This document shows, piece after piece, positions 38,329 through 50,325 of a stretch of DNA of 64,000 nt (its first letter is position 1; every line of letters starts with the position of its first letter). This DNA is from Eledone cirrhosa. Lineage: Eukaryota. The stretch spans positions 118,606,001 through 118,670,000 of the forward strand of contig OZ024744.1 of NCBI GenBank assembly GCA_964016885.1. Direction: 5' to 3'. A program made the position numbers and the translations under genes. The notes under the pieces were generated by a model. That model was not told where the DNA came from. It made no database searches and saw only the letters and a list, made by a program, of their open reading frames with translations.

Positions 38329-41300
38329 GAGTTGATGGGTTAAAGTGTCTGACAGTTGACGGTTTATAATGTATTACAGTTGATGGTTTAAAGTGAATTA
38401 CAGTTGATGGTTTATAGCGTATTACAGTTGATGGTTTCTAGTGTAGTATAGTTGATGGTTTATAGTGTATTACAGTTGATGATTGAAACTATTACAATTG
38501 GTGGTTTAAAGTGTATTACAGTTGACGGTTTAAAGTGTATTGCAGTTGACGGTTTAAAGTGTATTGCAGTTGATGGTTTAATGTGTATTGCAGTTGATGG
38601 TTTAAAGTGTATTACAGTTGACGGTTTAAAGTGTATTGCAGTTGATGGTTTAATGTGTATTACAGTTGATGGTTTAAAGTGTATTACAATTGGTGGTTTA
38701 AAGTGTATTACAGTTGACGGTTTAAAGTGTATTGCAGTTGATGGTTTAATGTGTATTAAAGTTGATGGTTTAAAGTGTATTACAGTTGATGGTTTAAAGT
38801 GTATTACAATTGGTGGTTTAAAGTGTATTACAGTTGACGGTTTAAAGTGTATTGCAGTTGATGGTTTAATGTGTATTACAGTTGATGGTTTAAAGTGTAT
38901 TACAGTTGATGGTTTAAAGTGTATTACAGTTGATGGTTTAATGTGTATTACAGTTGGTGGTTTAAAGTGAATTACAGTTGATGGTTTAAAGTGTATTACA
39001 GTTGACGGTTTAAAGTGTATTGCAGTTGATGGTTTAATGTGTATTACAGTTGATGGTTTAAAGTGTATTACAGTTGACGGTTTAAAGTGTATTGCAGTTG
39101 ATGGTTTTATGTGTATTACAGTTGATGGTTTAAAGTGTATTACAGTTGATGGTTTAAAGTGTATTACAGTTGACGGTTTAAAGTGTATTGCAGTTGATGG
39201 TTTAATGTGTATTACAGTTGACAGTTTAAAGTGTATTACAGTTGATGGTTTAAAGTGTATTACAGTTGATGGTTTAAAGTGTATTACAGTTGATGGTTTA
39301 AAGTGTATTGCAGTTGATGGTTTATAGTGTATTACAGTTGATGGCTTAAAGTGTATTACAGTTGATGGTTTAATGTGTATTACAGTTGATTGTTTAAAGT
39401 GTATTACAGTTGATTGTTTAATGTGTATTACAGTTAATGGTTTCAAGTGAATTACAGTTGATGGTTTATAGTGTATTACAGTTGATGGTTTAATGTGTAT
39501 TACAGTTAATGGTTTAAAGTGAATTACAGTTGATGGTTTATAGTGTATTACAGTTGGTGGTTTATAGTGTATGACAGCGGATGGTTTATAGTGTATTACA
39601 GTTGATGGTTTAAAGTGTATTACAGTTGGTGGCTTAAAGTGTATTATAGTTGATGGGTTATAGTGTATTACAGTTGGTGGTTTAAAGTGTATTACAGTTG
39701 ATGGTTTAATGTGTATTACAGTTGGTGGTTTAAAGTGTATTACAGTTGGTGGTTTATAGTGTATTACAGTTGATGGTTTAAAGTGTATTACAGTTGACGG
39801 TTTAAAGTGTATTGCAGTTGATGGTTTAATGTGTATTACAGTTGATGGTTTAAAGTGTATTACAGTTGATGGTTTAAAGTGTATTACAGTTGACGGTTTA
39901 AAGTGTATTGCAGTTGATGGTTTAATGTGTATTACAGTTGACAGTTTAAAGTGTATTACAGTTGATGGTTTAAAGTGTATTACAGTTGATGGTTTAAAGT
40001 GTATTACAGTTGATGGTTTAAAGTGTATTGCAGTTGATGGTTTATAGTGTATTACAGTTGATGGCTTAAAGTGTATTACAGTTGATGGTTTAATGTGTAT
40101 TACAGTTGATTGTTTAAAGTGTATTACAGTTGATTGTTTAATGTGTATTACAGTTAATGGTTTCAAGTGAATTACAGTTGATGGTTTATAGTGTATTACA
40201 GTTGATGGTTTAATGTGTATTACAGTTAATGGTTTAAAGTGAATTACAGTTGATGGTTTATAGTGTATTACAGTTGGTGGTTTATAGTGTATGACAGCGG
40301 ATGGTTTATAGTGTATTACAGTTGATGGTTTAAAGTGTATTACAGTTGGTGGCTTAAAGTGTATTATAGTTGATGGGTTATAGTGTATTACAGTTGGTGG
40401 TTTAAAGTGTATTACAGTTGATGGTTTAATGTGTATTACAGTTGGTGGTTTAAAGTGTATTACAGTTGGTGGTTTATAGTGTATTACAGTTGATGGTTTA
40501 AAGTGTATTACAGTTGGTGGTTTAAAGTGTATTACAGTTGATGGTTTAATGTGTATTACAGTTGATGGTTTAATGTGTATTACAGTTGGTGGTTTAAAGT
40601 ATATTACAGTTGGTGGTTTAAAGTGTATTACAGTTGATGGTTTAAAGTGTATTACAGTTGGTGGTTTATAGTGTATTACAGTTGATGGTTTAAAGTATAT
40701 TACAGTTGGTGGTTTATAGTGTATTACAGTTGATGGTTTAAAGTGTATTACAGTTGGTGGTTTATAGTGTATTACAGTTGATGGTTTAAAGTGTATTACA
40801 GTTGGTGGTTTAAAGTGTATTACAGTTGATGGTTTAATGTGTATTACAGTTGATGGTTTAATGTGTATTACAGTTGGTGGTTTAAAGTATATTACAGTTG
40901 GTGGTTTAAAGTGTATTACAGTTGATGGTTTAAAGTGTATTACAGTTGATGGTTTAAAGTGTATTACAGTTGGTGGTTTAAAGTGTATTACAGTTGGTGG
41001 TTTAAAGTGTATTACAGTTGGTGGTTTATAGTGTATTACAGTTGATGGTTTAAAGTGTATTACAGTTGGTGGTTTAAAGTGTATTACAGTTGATGGTTTA
41101 AAGTGTATTACAGTTGATGGTTTAAAGTGTATTACAGTTGATGGTTTAAAGTGTATTACAGTTGGTGGTTTAATGTGTATTACAGTTGATGGTTTAAAGT
41201 GTATTACAGTTGGTGGTTTAAAGTGTATTACAGTTGGTGGTTTAAAGTGTATTACAGTTGATGGTTTAATGTGTATTACAGTTGGTGGTTTAAAGTGTAT

Positions 41301-43990
41301 TACAGTTGGTGGTTTAAAGTGTATTACAGTTGATGGTTTAAAGTGTATTACAGTTGATGGTTTAATGTGTATTACAGTTGATGGTTTAATGTGTATTACA
41401 GTTGGTGGTTTAAAGTGTATTACAGTTGGTGGTTTAAAGTGTATTACAGTTGATGGTTTAATGTGTATTACAGTTGATGGTTTAATGTGTATTACAGTTG
41501 GTGGTTTAAAGTGTATTACAGTTGATGGTTTAATGTGTATTACAGATGATGGTTTAATGTGTAGTAGAGTTGGTGGTTTAAAGTGTATTACAGTTGGTGG
41601 TTTATAGTGTATTACAGTTGATGGTTTAAAGTGTATTACAGTTGGTGGTTTAAAGTATATTACAGTTGGTGGTTTAAAGTGTATTACAGTTGATGGTTTA
41701 AAGTGTATTACAGTTGGTGGTTTAAAGTGTATTACAGTTGGTGGTTTAAAGTGTATTACAGTTGATGGTTTAATGTGTATTACAGTTGATGGTTTAATGT
41801 GTATTACAGTTGGTGGTTTAAAGTGAATTACAGTTGGTGGTTTGTAGTGTATTACAGTTGATGGTTTAAAGTGTATTACAGTTGGTGGTTTAAAGTATAT
41901 TACAGTTGGTGGTTTAAACTGTATTACAGTTGATGGTTTAAAGTGTATTACAGTTGGTGGTTTAACGTGTATTACAGTTGGTGGTTTAATGTGTATTACA
42001 GTTGATGGTTTAAAGTGAATTACAGTTGGTGGTTTATAGTGTATTACAGTTGGTGGTTTAAAGTGAATTACAGTTGGTGGTTTGTAGTGTATTACAGTTG
42101 ATGGTTTAAAGTGTATTACAGTTGGTGGTTTAAAGTATATTACAGTTGGTGGTTTAAACTGTATTACAGTTGATGGTTTAAAGTGTATTACAGTTGGTGG
42201 TTTAACGTGTATTACAGTTGGTGGTTTAATGTGTATTACAGTTGATGGTTTAAAGTGAATTACAGTTGGTGGTTTATAGTGTATTACAGTTGATGGTTTA
42301 AAGTGTTTTACAGTTGATGGTTTAAAGTGTATTTCAGTTGATGGTTTATAGTGTATGACAGCGGATGGTTTATAGTGTATTACAGTTGGTGGTTTAAAGT
42401 GTATTACAGTTGGTGGTTTAAAGTATATTACAGTTGGTTTAAAGTGAATTACTGTTGATGGTTTAAAGTGTATTTCAGTTGATGGTTTATAGTGTATGAC
42501 AGCGGATGGTTTATAGTGTATTACAGTTGGTGGTTTAAAGTGTATTACAGCGGATGGTTTATAGTGTATTACAGTTGATGATATATAGTGTATTACAGTT
42601 GATTGTTAAAGTGTGTTACAGTTGATGGTTTGTAGTGAATTACATTTGATGGTTTAAAGTGTATTATATTTGATGGTTTAAAGTGTATTACAGTTAACGG
42701 TTTAATGTGTATTACAGTTGATTTTTTTCTAGTGTATTACAGTTAATGGTTTAAATTGTCTGCCAGTTGATGGTTTATAGTGTATTGCAGTTGATGGTTT
42801 AAAGTGTATTGCAGTTGATGGTTTAAAGTGTATTACAGTTGGTGGTTCATAGTGTATTACAGTTTATGGTTTAAAGTGTATTTCGGTTGATGGTTTAAGG
42901 TGGACTACAGTTGATGGTTTATAGTGTTTTACACTTGTTAGTTTAAAGTGTATTACAGTTGATGGTTTAAAGTGTATTAAAGTTGATGGTTTAAAATGTA
43001 TTACAGCTGATAGTTTAAATTGTATTACAGTTGATGGTTTAAAGTGTATTGCAGTTGGTTTAAAGTGTATTACAATTTATGGTGTAAAGTGTATTACAGT
43101 TGATGGTTTAAATTGTATTACAGTTGATGGTTTATAGTGTATTACATTTGATGGTTTAAAGTGTATTATATTTGATGGTTTAAAGTGTATTACAGTTGAT
43201 GATTTATTGTGTATTACAGTTGATTGTTTATAGTGTATTACATTTGATGGTTTAAAGTGTATTATATTTGATGGTTTAAAGTGTATTACAGTTGATGATT
43301 TATTGTGTATTACAGTTGATGGTTTATAGTGTATTACATTTGATGGTTTAAAATGTATTATATTTGATGGTTTAAAGTGTATTACAGTTGATGATTTATT
43401 GTGTATTACAGTTGATGGTTTATAGTGTATTACATTTGATGGTTTAAAGTGTATTATATTTGATGGTTTAAAGTGTATTACAGTTGATGATTTATTGTGT
43501 ATTACACTTGATGGTTTATAGTGTATTACATTTGATGGTTTAAAATGTATTATATTTGATGGTTTAAAGTGTATTACAGTTGATGATTTATTGTGTATTA
43601 CAGTTGATGGTTTATAGTGTATTACATTTGATGGTTTAAAGTGTATTACAGTTGATGGTTTATAGTGAATTACAGTTGATGGTTTAAAGTGTAATACAGT
43701 TAATGGTTTATTGTGTATTACAGTTGATTATTTCTAGTGTATTACAGTTAATGGTTTAAATTGCTGCCAGTTGATGGTTTATAGTGTATTGCAGTTGATG
43801 GTTTAAAGTGTATTACAGTTGGTGGTTTAAAGTGTATTACAGTTGGTGGTTCATAGTGCATTACAGTTGATGGTTTAAAGTGTATTACAGTTGATCGTTT
43901 AAGTGTATTACAGTTGATGGTTTATAGTGTATTACAGTTGATGGTTTAAAGTGTATTACAGTTGATGGTTTAAAGTGTATTACAGTTGAT
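38329..43990. repeat. 24-bp minisatellite, ~5.7 kb (~235 copies)
   Basis: Unit GTGTATTACAGTTGATGGTTTAAA; 720-bp (39121 vs 39841) and 240-bp (41821 vs 42061) internal duplications. Confidence 0.98.
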
Positions 43991-44081
43991 GCTTTATCTC
44001 ACATAACATTTACATTACTCTATATATACTATCGTATTTTCACAGTAAAGGCTTTACCTCACATAATATCTCACATAACAT
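43991..44081. repeat. Short stub of 72-bp satellite, left of LINE copy 2
   Basis: ~1.3 units between the 24-bp array and the LINE. Confidence 0.92.
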
Positions 44082-44291
44082 CTCGTATACGAGTGACGTG
44101 TGTTGACGTGTGTGAACAAGCTCGGCTACCGAGTCGGATTTACTTACTCAAAAAGTGAGTTTTGATTAATTTTTTATACTGTAATATACGTTAACCCCTT
44201 GCCTTGGTCGTCAAACTTTGAGTTTATTTATATTCGCCCCTTTTTGGGACGAATTTTCCAGTTAAAAATTTATTACGGCAAACTAATAGAA

Positions 44292-46019
44292 ATGGACGGA
44301 ATTTTCACATCTCATCCTAACGTGAAAGCCACGCCCCCTAAGAAAGGTGATACAGAGAAGCTAGAAGCACAAGGCTCTAAGTCTTCCCTCCTCACTTCTG
44401 CAAAAGAAACATGGAACACGGAATTAAAAGAAAAATTTGTACAAATGGGTGAAAACCCAGAAAGTCACATAAACGCAGACAAAAACAACAACGACAATAA
44501 CAGCAATAGTCACAACACCAACCAAGGAATAAATAACGATAACACCAAACAAAGCGAACCCACTACTGGTGCCTCCTTTGCACAGGCGGTCCGGAAAACA
44601 CAAACCTGCAAGCAACTGGACATTACAACTCTGAGAGAAAAGGTGAAGGAAGCGAAACAGTATGTAACTTTCAAAGAAGGAGGAGACTTCACAATCACCT
44701 CCCCACAAGAAATCAAAAGAGACACGACGCTAAGAACGATATCCTTCAGAACAATTTCCAACATAACAAGGAAACCAACTCAATTATCCCAAAAAGAGAT
44801 TGAGCTGGTCCTAAAAAATGTGTGGAGTGATATATCGTTCATACAAAAAGGGCCACTCTATGGGAATATAACGGTCCTAATGAAGGATCAATTGACGGCC
44901 AGGAAATACTCTGTGGCGCCAATTGTTTCCAAGCTACATACATTTTTCCCCACATATTTAGGGAAAAAAACGCAGAAGATAAGGGTCTCCGGAATCCGGC
45001 CAAATGCATGCATTTTCTGGGTACTAACAGGATTTTTAGAAGACGAGGACGGAATCCTCTCAGTAGGAGAAGTCACCACAGACGTTTTCGGCGGTTTGAG
45101 CGTGGAGGTTCTGGTCCAAATGAGACCAGAACGAATAGCTAGAATACCACAGAGGGTGTCCCTCGATGGAGAAACATTTATATATATTTCAGCCGAGGGT
45201 AGGAGGCCCATATGTTACTACTGTTCAAGCAGGGGTCATCTAAGGGCTGCTTGTCCTCAATTGACAAAAAAAAAGGCTCTTTTGCCTACACCCCACACAC
45301 CACCACCGCCACCACCACCACCACCACCACAACAACAACAACAAAAACAACACGGAAAAATAACACAAGACACGGCCCCACCCAAAACAACTCCCAAAAC
45401 ACACACAAATACAACAAAACCCCAAAATACACCACTACCCGACAGCACGGACGAGGACCCAGCTGAAACGGCACCTAGTGACGAAGAGGGGGAACCCTTC
45501 CAACCTGTAAAAAGGAAAAAAAGAAAGCACCACTCGAACATAAACGAAACAAACACACAACCACCAACAAAAACAAAACAAACAGAACAAACAAAATCCA
45601 CCCCACCCCAAAACATAACACATACAACAAAACGCAAGCACACACAAGAACAACAAACAAACACAACACAAATAAAACAGTATACATACATTAACACAAA
45701 TAACAAAGAACTAGTAAAAACAATACACAAAGACCCTTTGGTGGAAACTGAAGGGCAATTCTTTGCAAGCGCGGCCAACAAACCACATTTAAAAATGATA
45801 AGACTCCCAATGGACACCTATGCAAAACTAAGAGAGAACTTTCCTGAGGACGTGGGGAAAACATGTACTCGACCCTATAACCGCGTCCTCTTGAAACGTT
45901 TCCCCACCCACACCTCACCAAACACCCCCACTCCACCACAGAACAACACCCCACCAAACAACCCCTCCAATACGCCCATGGATATTGTGCAACCTGCTCC
46001 TCAGGAGCCGAACAAGTAG
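44292..46019 (+). CDS. LINE ORF1, gag-like with CCHC zinc knuckle and Pro/Thr/Gln-rich C-terminus
   Basis: First ATG at 44292 within ORF 44199-46019; CYYCSSRGHLRAAC; basic KRKKRK stretch. Confidence 0.88.
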   Translation: MDGIFTSHPNVKATPPKKGDTEKLEAQGSKSSLLTSAKETWNTELKEKFVQMGENPESHINADKNNNDNNSNSHNTNQGINNDNTKQSEPTTGASFAQAVRKTQTCKQLDITTLREKVKEAKQYVTFKEGGDFTITSPQEIKRDTTLRTISFRTISNITRKPTQLSQKEIELVLKNVWSDISFIQKGPLYGNITVLMKDQLTARKYSVAPIVSKLHTFFPTYLGKKTQKIRVSGIRPNACIFWVLTGFLEDEDGILSVGEVTTDVFGGLSVEVLVQMRPERIARIPQRVSLDGETFIYISAEGRRPICYYCSSRGHLRAACPQLTKKKALLPTPHTPPPPPPPPPPQQQQQKQHGKITQDTAPPKTTPKTHTNTTKPQNTPLPDSTDEDPAETAPSDEEGEPFQPVKRKKRKHHSNINETNTQPPTKTKQTEQTKSTPPQNITHTTKRKHTQEQQTNTTQIKQYTYINTNNKELVKTIHKDPLVETEGQFFASAANKPHLKMIRLPMDTYAKLRENFPEDVGKTCTRPYNRVLLKRFPTHTSPNTPTPPQNNTPPNNPSNTPMDIVQPAPQEPNK

Positions 46020-46040
46020 GTCCTTCCTCTTTTAACCAAC

Positions 46041-49000
46041 ATGGCTGATATAAGAGTTGGGTGTCTGAATGTACGCGGCCTGGGACTGTCTTGGAAACAA
46101 GGCAAACTTTTAAACGATCTCAGGTCGCATAGAATGGATGTAATGGCTATTTGCGAGTCCAGAATCAGCAGCGAGCACCAACTGGCGCCCCTCTTCGACG
46201 ACTTTGAGATCTTCGCATCTCTCTGTCAACTGGGGGGTGGGGGTGGAGTTGTCGTTCTGCTGCGAAAACACCTGGGCCTCGCCATACAGAAGGTGCACCT
46301 GGACCCGGAGGGTCGACTGGTGGTTTTAGACGTCGGCAGTAGTGAAAGTGGAGCCCTTAGACTAATAGCTGTGTACGCCCCTTTTTGGACAGCGCGGCCG
46401 GAATACTTCCAACGTCTGGAAACTTTTCTGGGAACGTCCCGCTCCTTGCTTTTAGTGGGGGACTGGAATGGTATCCTGGATGCACGTTGGGACTATGTAG
46501 GGGCATGTGCCAATAGAGGGGGTTGTAAAAGCCTCAAAAGGTTAATCGGCCGATTTGACCTGGCCGATAGATATCGACTAGATTTTCCGACTGTACCACT
46601 ATGGACGTGGACCAATCGCAGCAGAACATCTAGGTCGTACCTAGATAGGGTCCTAGTTAGAGATAAGGATAGGGACACATTTTGCTGTCCAAAAATGTTC
46701 ATGGTTGACTATTCGGATCACAAGTTAGTGACCTGCATAGTCAACCTTGATAGAACCCATAGACAGGGACCCGGTTACTTGAAGCTGAACTTGTCCTTAT
46801 CGACAAGCAAAGCTTACAGTAAACGGATTAGCACGTTAGTTAAGCAGTGTTTGACAGGGGCAATTGTCAACAACAGGTGGTGGAGCTCTCTTAAGAGAGC
46901 AATTAGAATAGAATCGATTGGTTTTAGTCAGGAATTAGCAAGGGATAAGAACAAGACGGAAAGGGAATTAGTAGATAGAGTAGAAGAGGCGATTAGGAGT
47001 GGCAATGTAGCCAGCGTGCTGGCATCAAGAATGGCCTTAGACCAGTTCTTTGATGTGAAGCACGAGGACTGCGTTGTCAGGAGTAAAATACGTGCTCTGG
47101 GTAATGAGGGAGCCAAAGCTGTTAGCTGGGCCCGAGTGACAGAGGCAAAAAGTGGGAACAAGTCCACGATTCGGTCTTTGAAGGACAAGGATGGGCGTGT
47201 GATCCTTGAACCTGGGAAGATGTGTGCGGCCTTTCAGCGGCACTTTGCACGACTGTTCGAGAGGGGCGGCGCGCCGGGTGAGACTATGGATTTCAATCCA
47301 TACCTCGACGGTCTGCCGCGCCTCTCGGACGCGGAGGCGAAGTCCTGCGAAAGGACGATTTCAGCTGCTGAGATAGGGGCGGCGCTGAGCCAATGCGGCA
47401 AACGCAAATCCCCGGGTCTCGATGGTCTACCATACGAGCTATATGTAGCGATGCCGGACTTGTTCTCCGATATCCTCGAAGCGGTCTACTACAACTGGCA
47501 GCAGAACGGGAGAATTCCCAGTTCTGTAACCAAGGGCGTAGTTACGCTGGTGAGGAAGGATGAGAACAAGGGGGATGACATAAGTAACTTCAGGCCCATA
47601 ACTCTGCTAAATACAGAGTTAAAGATTTTGGCCAAGGTGTTAGCGAAGAGGTTGGCACTTGTCGTCGGAAACCTGGTGGGAGAAGCGCAGACATGCGCAA
47701 TCCCGTCCAGGTCCATTCACGACAATCTCCACCTTATGCGATATATCATAGAGAGGGTAGGGAATGAACCCGGCTTTGGTGGGGCCCTGATCAACTTGGA
47801 TCAATCTAAAGACTTCAATAGGGTTGACCATCTTGACCTGGATGCGGTGCTCGCGGCGGCAGGCTTCGGACCCGTTTTCAGGGGTTGGATTGCTGCGATG
47901 CACAGCAGCAACGTCTGCTCAAGGGTCAAGGTGAACGGCCACCTCTCGGAGCCGTTCCAAATCATGCGATCCATCCGACAGGGATGCCCTCTCCCCTCCC
48001 TACTGTATGTGCTGGCTCTTGAGCCACTACTGCGGAAGTTGGAGCGGTTGCAGGGCATCCCTTTGGAACCGGGATTGCAGAAAGCGGCGTCGGCCTACGC
48101 CGATGACGTGACAGTAATGGTGTCGAAAACCTCGCAAATCGGTGAGATCGGCACCTTACTGGAGGAATATGAAAGGTTTACAGGAGACAAGCTGAACCGG
48201 GACAAGTCTGTCGGTTTGCAACTCGGAACATGGAGAGGCAAACCGATGCCCTCCAACGACGTCGTCGGACGCTGGACGGAGGGCCCGGTGAAGCTGCTTG
48301 GGGTCTGGTTCGGACCAGACCTCCAGGTGGAGAAAATCTGGAACGAGGTAACGGCCAGGGTGTTTGCACTCACCCAGAAGTGGGCCCAGTGCAAACTATC
48401 CCTGAAAGGTCGAGCGGAGGTGGCGAATATTTATATAGCATCCGTCATCTACTACCGCTTGACCGTCGTGCCTTGCCCAGTGAAAAGACTCGCCAAAATG
48501 GAGTGCGCGCTGTTCCAATTTCTTTGGAACAAGCGGACCCCTTTGGTAAGGAGATCCATCTGCTGTCAACACCATTCGAAAGGAGGGCTGGGGATGCCGT
48601 GGCTACAGATGCGTAAACACGCATTAAGGCTACGGCACCTCCAGGTATTCCTCACCGGTCAACCGGTGTGGGCCCCGTTTGTGAGGCGAGCCTTTCCCAG
48701 ACTCGTCTCGCTCACCGAGCTGCAATCCTGGGTCAAGCAAAGACCGAGAAAAGTGGGCGACTGGCACATTGAATGTGCCCAGGCGCTCACGGCCCTCTGG
48801 AAAACGGACCCGGCAATCAGTGGAGACTCCACCTCGACATTCTATAGAGGGTTGGTACGCAGCAGGTGCGACGATGCTCTCGGAGAAGCTCTAGGCATGG
48901 AGGAAGATGAACTGGCCAGTTTGTTCGGTAGGACGTTTGGCCCTGGACCGATGGACAACTTCCAAAAGTCCCTGGCTTGGCAGTGCTACCGAGGGGCTCT

Positions 49001-49478
49001 ACCCGTTCGAGACATGCTCCACAGGCATGGGAGCCTGGGTAGGGATCCTTTGAATAAGATCTGTCCGAGATGCGTGCATGACGTCGAAACCGTTGCGCAC
49101 GCATTCGTACACTGCCCAGGCATTGCTGACCTGTGGGGCTATGTGGAACGACTACTGTCGAGGGTGGGACCAATCCGGTTGACCACCGAGTCCATTGTCA
49201 CGATCAAACCGCCTCCCCCTTTCAAAAACGAAGGAGAGGCGGTTTTTCTCTGTGTGATAGCCATGGCTAAAGAAGTTGTATGGTGGACGAGGCTGAAAGG
49301 GCTGAGGTCAGACACCTTTCTCTCCGGCCAACAACTGGTGCCCTTTTTCAAATACCATTTTAAAAGAAGGATCAGAATGGAGAGAGAGGTGCTCTACCCC
49401 AGCAAGTTTTATGAAAGGTGGGTGAAAGTAGGGAGAATGGCCAGAGTGAATGTGTCTTCTCTCTATATCAGCCTGTAG
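46041..49478 (+). CDS. LINE ORF2: APE endonuclease, reverse transcriptase, CCHC (1145 aa)
   Basis: Same motifs as copy 1; about 30 amino-acid differences by manual comparison. Confidence 0.95.
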   Translation: MADIRVGCLNVRGLGLSWKQGKLLNDLRSHRMDVMAICESRISSEHQLAPLFDDFEIFASLCQLGGGGGVVVLLRKHLGLAIQKVHLDPEGRLVVLDVGSSESGALRLIAVYAPFWTARPEYFQRLETFLGTSRSLLLVGDWNGILDARWDYVGACANRGGCKSLKRLIGRFDLADRYRLDFPTVPLWTWTNRSRTSRSYLDRVLVRDKDRDTFCCPKMFMVDYSDHKLVTCIVNLDRTHRQGPGYLKLNLSLSTSKAYSKRISTLVKQCLTGAIVNNRWWSSLKRAIRIESIGFSQELARDKNKTERELVDRVEEAIRSGNVASVLASRMALDQFFDVKHEDCVVRSKIRALGNEGAKAVSWARVTEAKSGNKSTIRSLKDKDGRVILEPGKMCAAFQRHFARLFERGGAPGETMDFNPYLDGLPRLSDAEAKSCERTISAAEIGAALSQCGKRKSPGLDGLPYELYVAMPDLFSDILEAVYYNWQQNGRIPSSVTKGVVTLVRKDENKGDDISNFRPITLLNTELKILAKVLAKRLALVVGNLVGEAQTCAIPSRSIHDNLHLMRYIIERVGNEPGFGGALINLDQSKDFNRVDHLDLDAVLAAAGFGPVFRGWIAAMHSSNVCSRVKVNGHLSEPFQIMRSIRQGCPLPSLLYVLALEPLLRKLERLQGIPLEPGLQKAASAYADDVTVMVSKTSQIGEIGTLLEEYERFTGDKLNRDKSVGLQLGTWRGKPMPSNDVVGRWTEGPVKLLGVWFGPDLQVEKIWNEVTARVFALTQKWAQCKLSLKGRAEVANIYIASVIYYRLTVVPCPVKRLAKMECALFQFLWNKRTPLVRRSICCQHHSKGGLGMPWLQMRKHALRLRHLQVFLTGQPVWAPFVRRAFPRLVSLTELQSWVKQRPRKVGDWHIECAQALTALWKTDPAISGDSTSTFYRGLVRSRCDDALGEALGMEEDELASLFGRTFGPGPMDNFQKSLAWQCYRGALPVRDMLHRHGSLGRDPLNKICPRCVHDVETVAHAFVHCPGIADLWGYVERLLSRVGPIRLTTESIVTIKPPPPFKNEGEAVFLCVIAMAKEVVWWTRLKGLRSDTFLSGQQLVPFFKYHFKRRIRMEREVLYPSKFYERWVKVGRMARVNVSSLYISL

Positions 49479-49714
49479 GTGAAAGAAGAGGAAAATGAGG
49501 AGACGAGGGAAGCACCTTCTCTTTGTGCTCCTGAGGAGAAGGGTTACACATTTTTTCCCGGGTGTGTGCGACCCATGTTAATGCCCCCTCCCTATTGAGG
49601 ACTTCGTTTGTTGTTGTTATTTCATTGTTATATTTTTGTACTCGTTAATTATATGTAAACTCCCCCCTTGTATCTGTCCCTACCTTTTGTGCCCTGGTGG
49701 CAAATAAAGAAATC

Positions 49715-50325
49715 ACTTTATATATACTATTGTATTTTAACTGTAAAAGCTTTACCTCACATAATATCTCACATAATCTTTACATTACTCTATATATAGT
49801 ATTTTAATATACTATTTTAACAGTAAAGGCTTTACCACACATAATATCTCACATAACATTTACATTACTCTATATATACTATTCTATTTTCACAGTAAAT
49901 GCTTTATCTCACATAAGATTTACATTACACTATATATACTATTATATCTTGACAGTCAAGGCTTTACCTCACATAATATCTCACATAACATTTACATTAT
50001 TCTATAAATACTATTGTATTTTCACAGTAAAGGCTTTACCTCACATATTATCTCACATAACATTTACATTATTCTATAAATACTATTGTATTTTCACAGT
50101 AAAGGCTTTACCTCACATAATATCTCACATAACATTTACATTACTCTATATATACTAATGTATTTTCACAGTAAAGGCTTTACCTCACATAACATTTACA
50201 TTATTCTATATATACTATTGTATTTTCACAGTAAAGGCTTTACCTCACATATTATCTCACATAACATTTACATTATTCTATAAATACTATTGTATTTTCA
50301 CAGTAAAGGCTTTACCTCACATAAT
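49715..50325. repeat. 72-bp satellite, right of LINE copy 2
   Basis: Unit resumes at ACTTTATATATACTATTG; more diverged monomers. Confidence 0.95.

Larger units (their letters stand above)
44082..49714 (+). mobile_element. Full-length Tx1/L1-group non-LTR retrotransposon, copy 2 (both ORFs open)
   Basis: Collinear with 12770-18412 over its whole length; same junctions in the 72-bp satellite. Confidence 0.95.

Noticed and set aside
38452-41607. 8-aa repeat ORFs (CITVDGLK / HFKPSTVI)
   Set aside because: Artefact of a 24-bp period; frequent TAG/TGA variants on the plus strand, and the stop-free minus frame has no ATG start.
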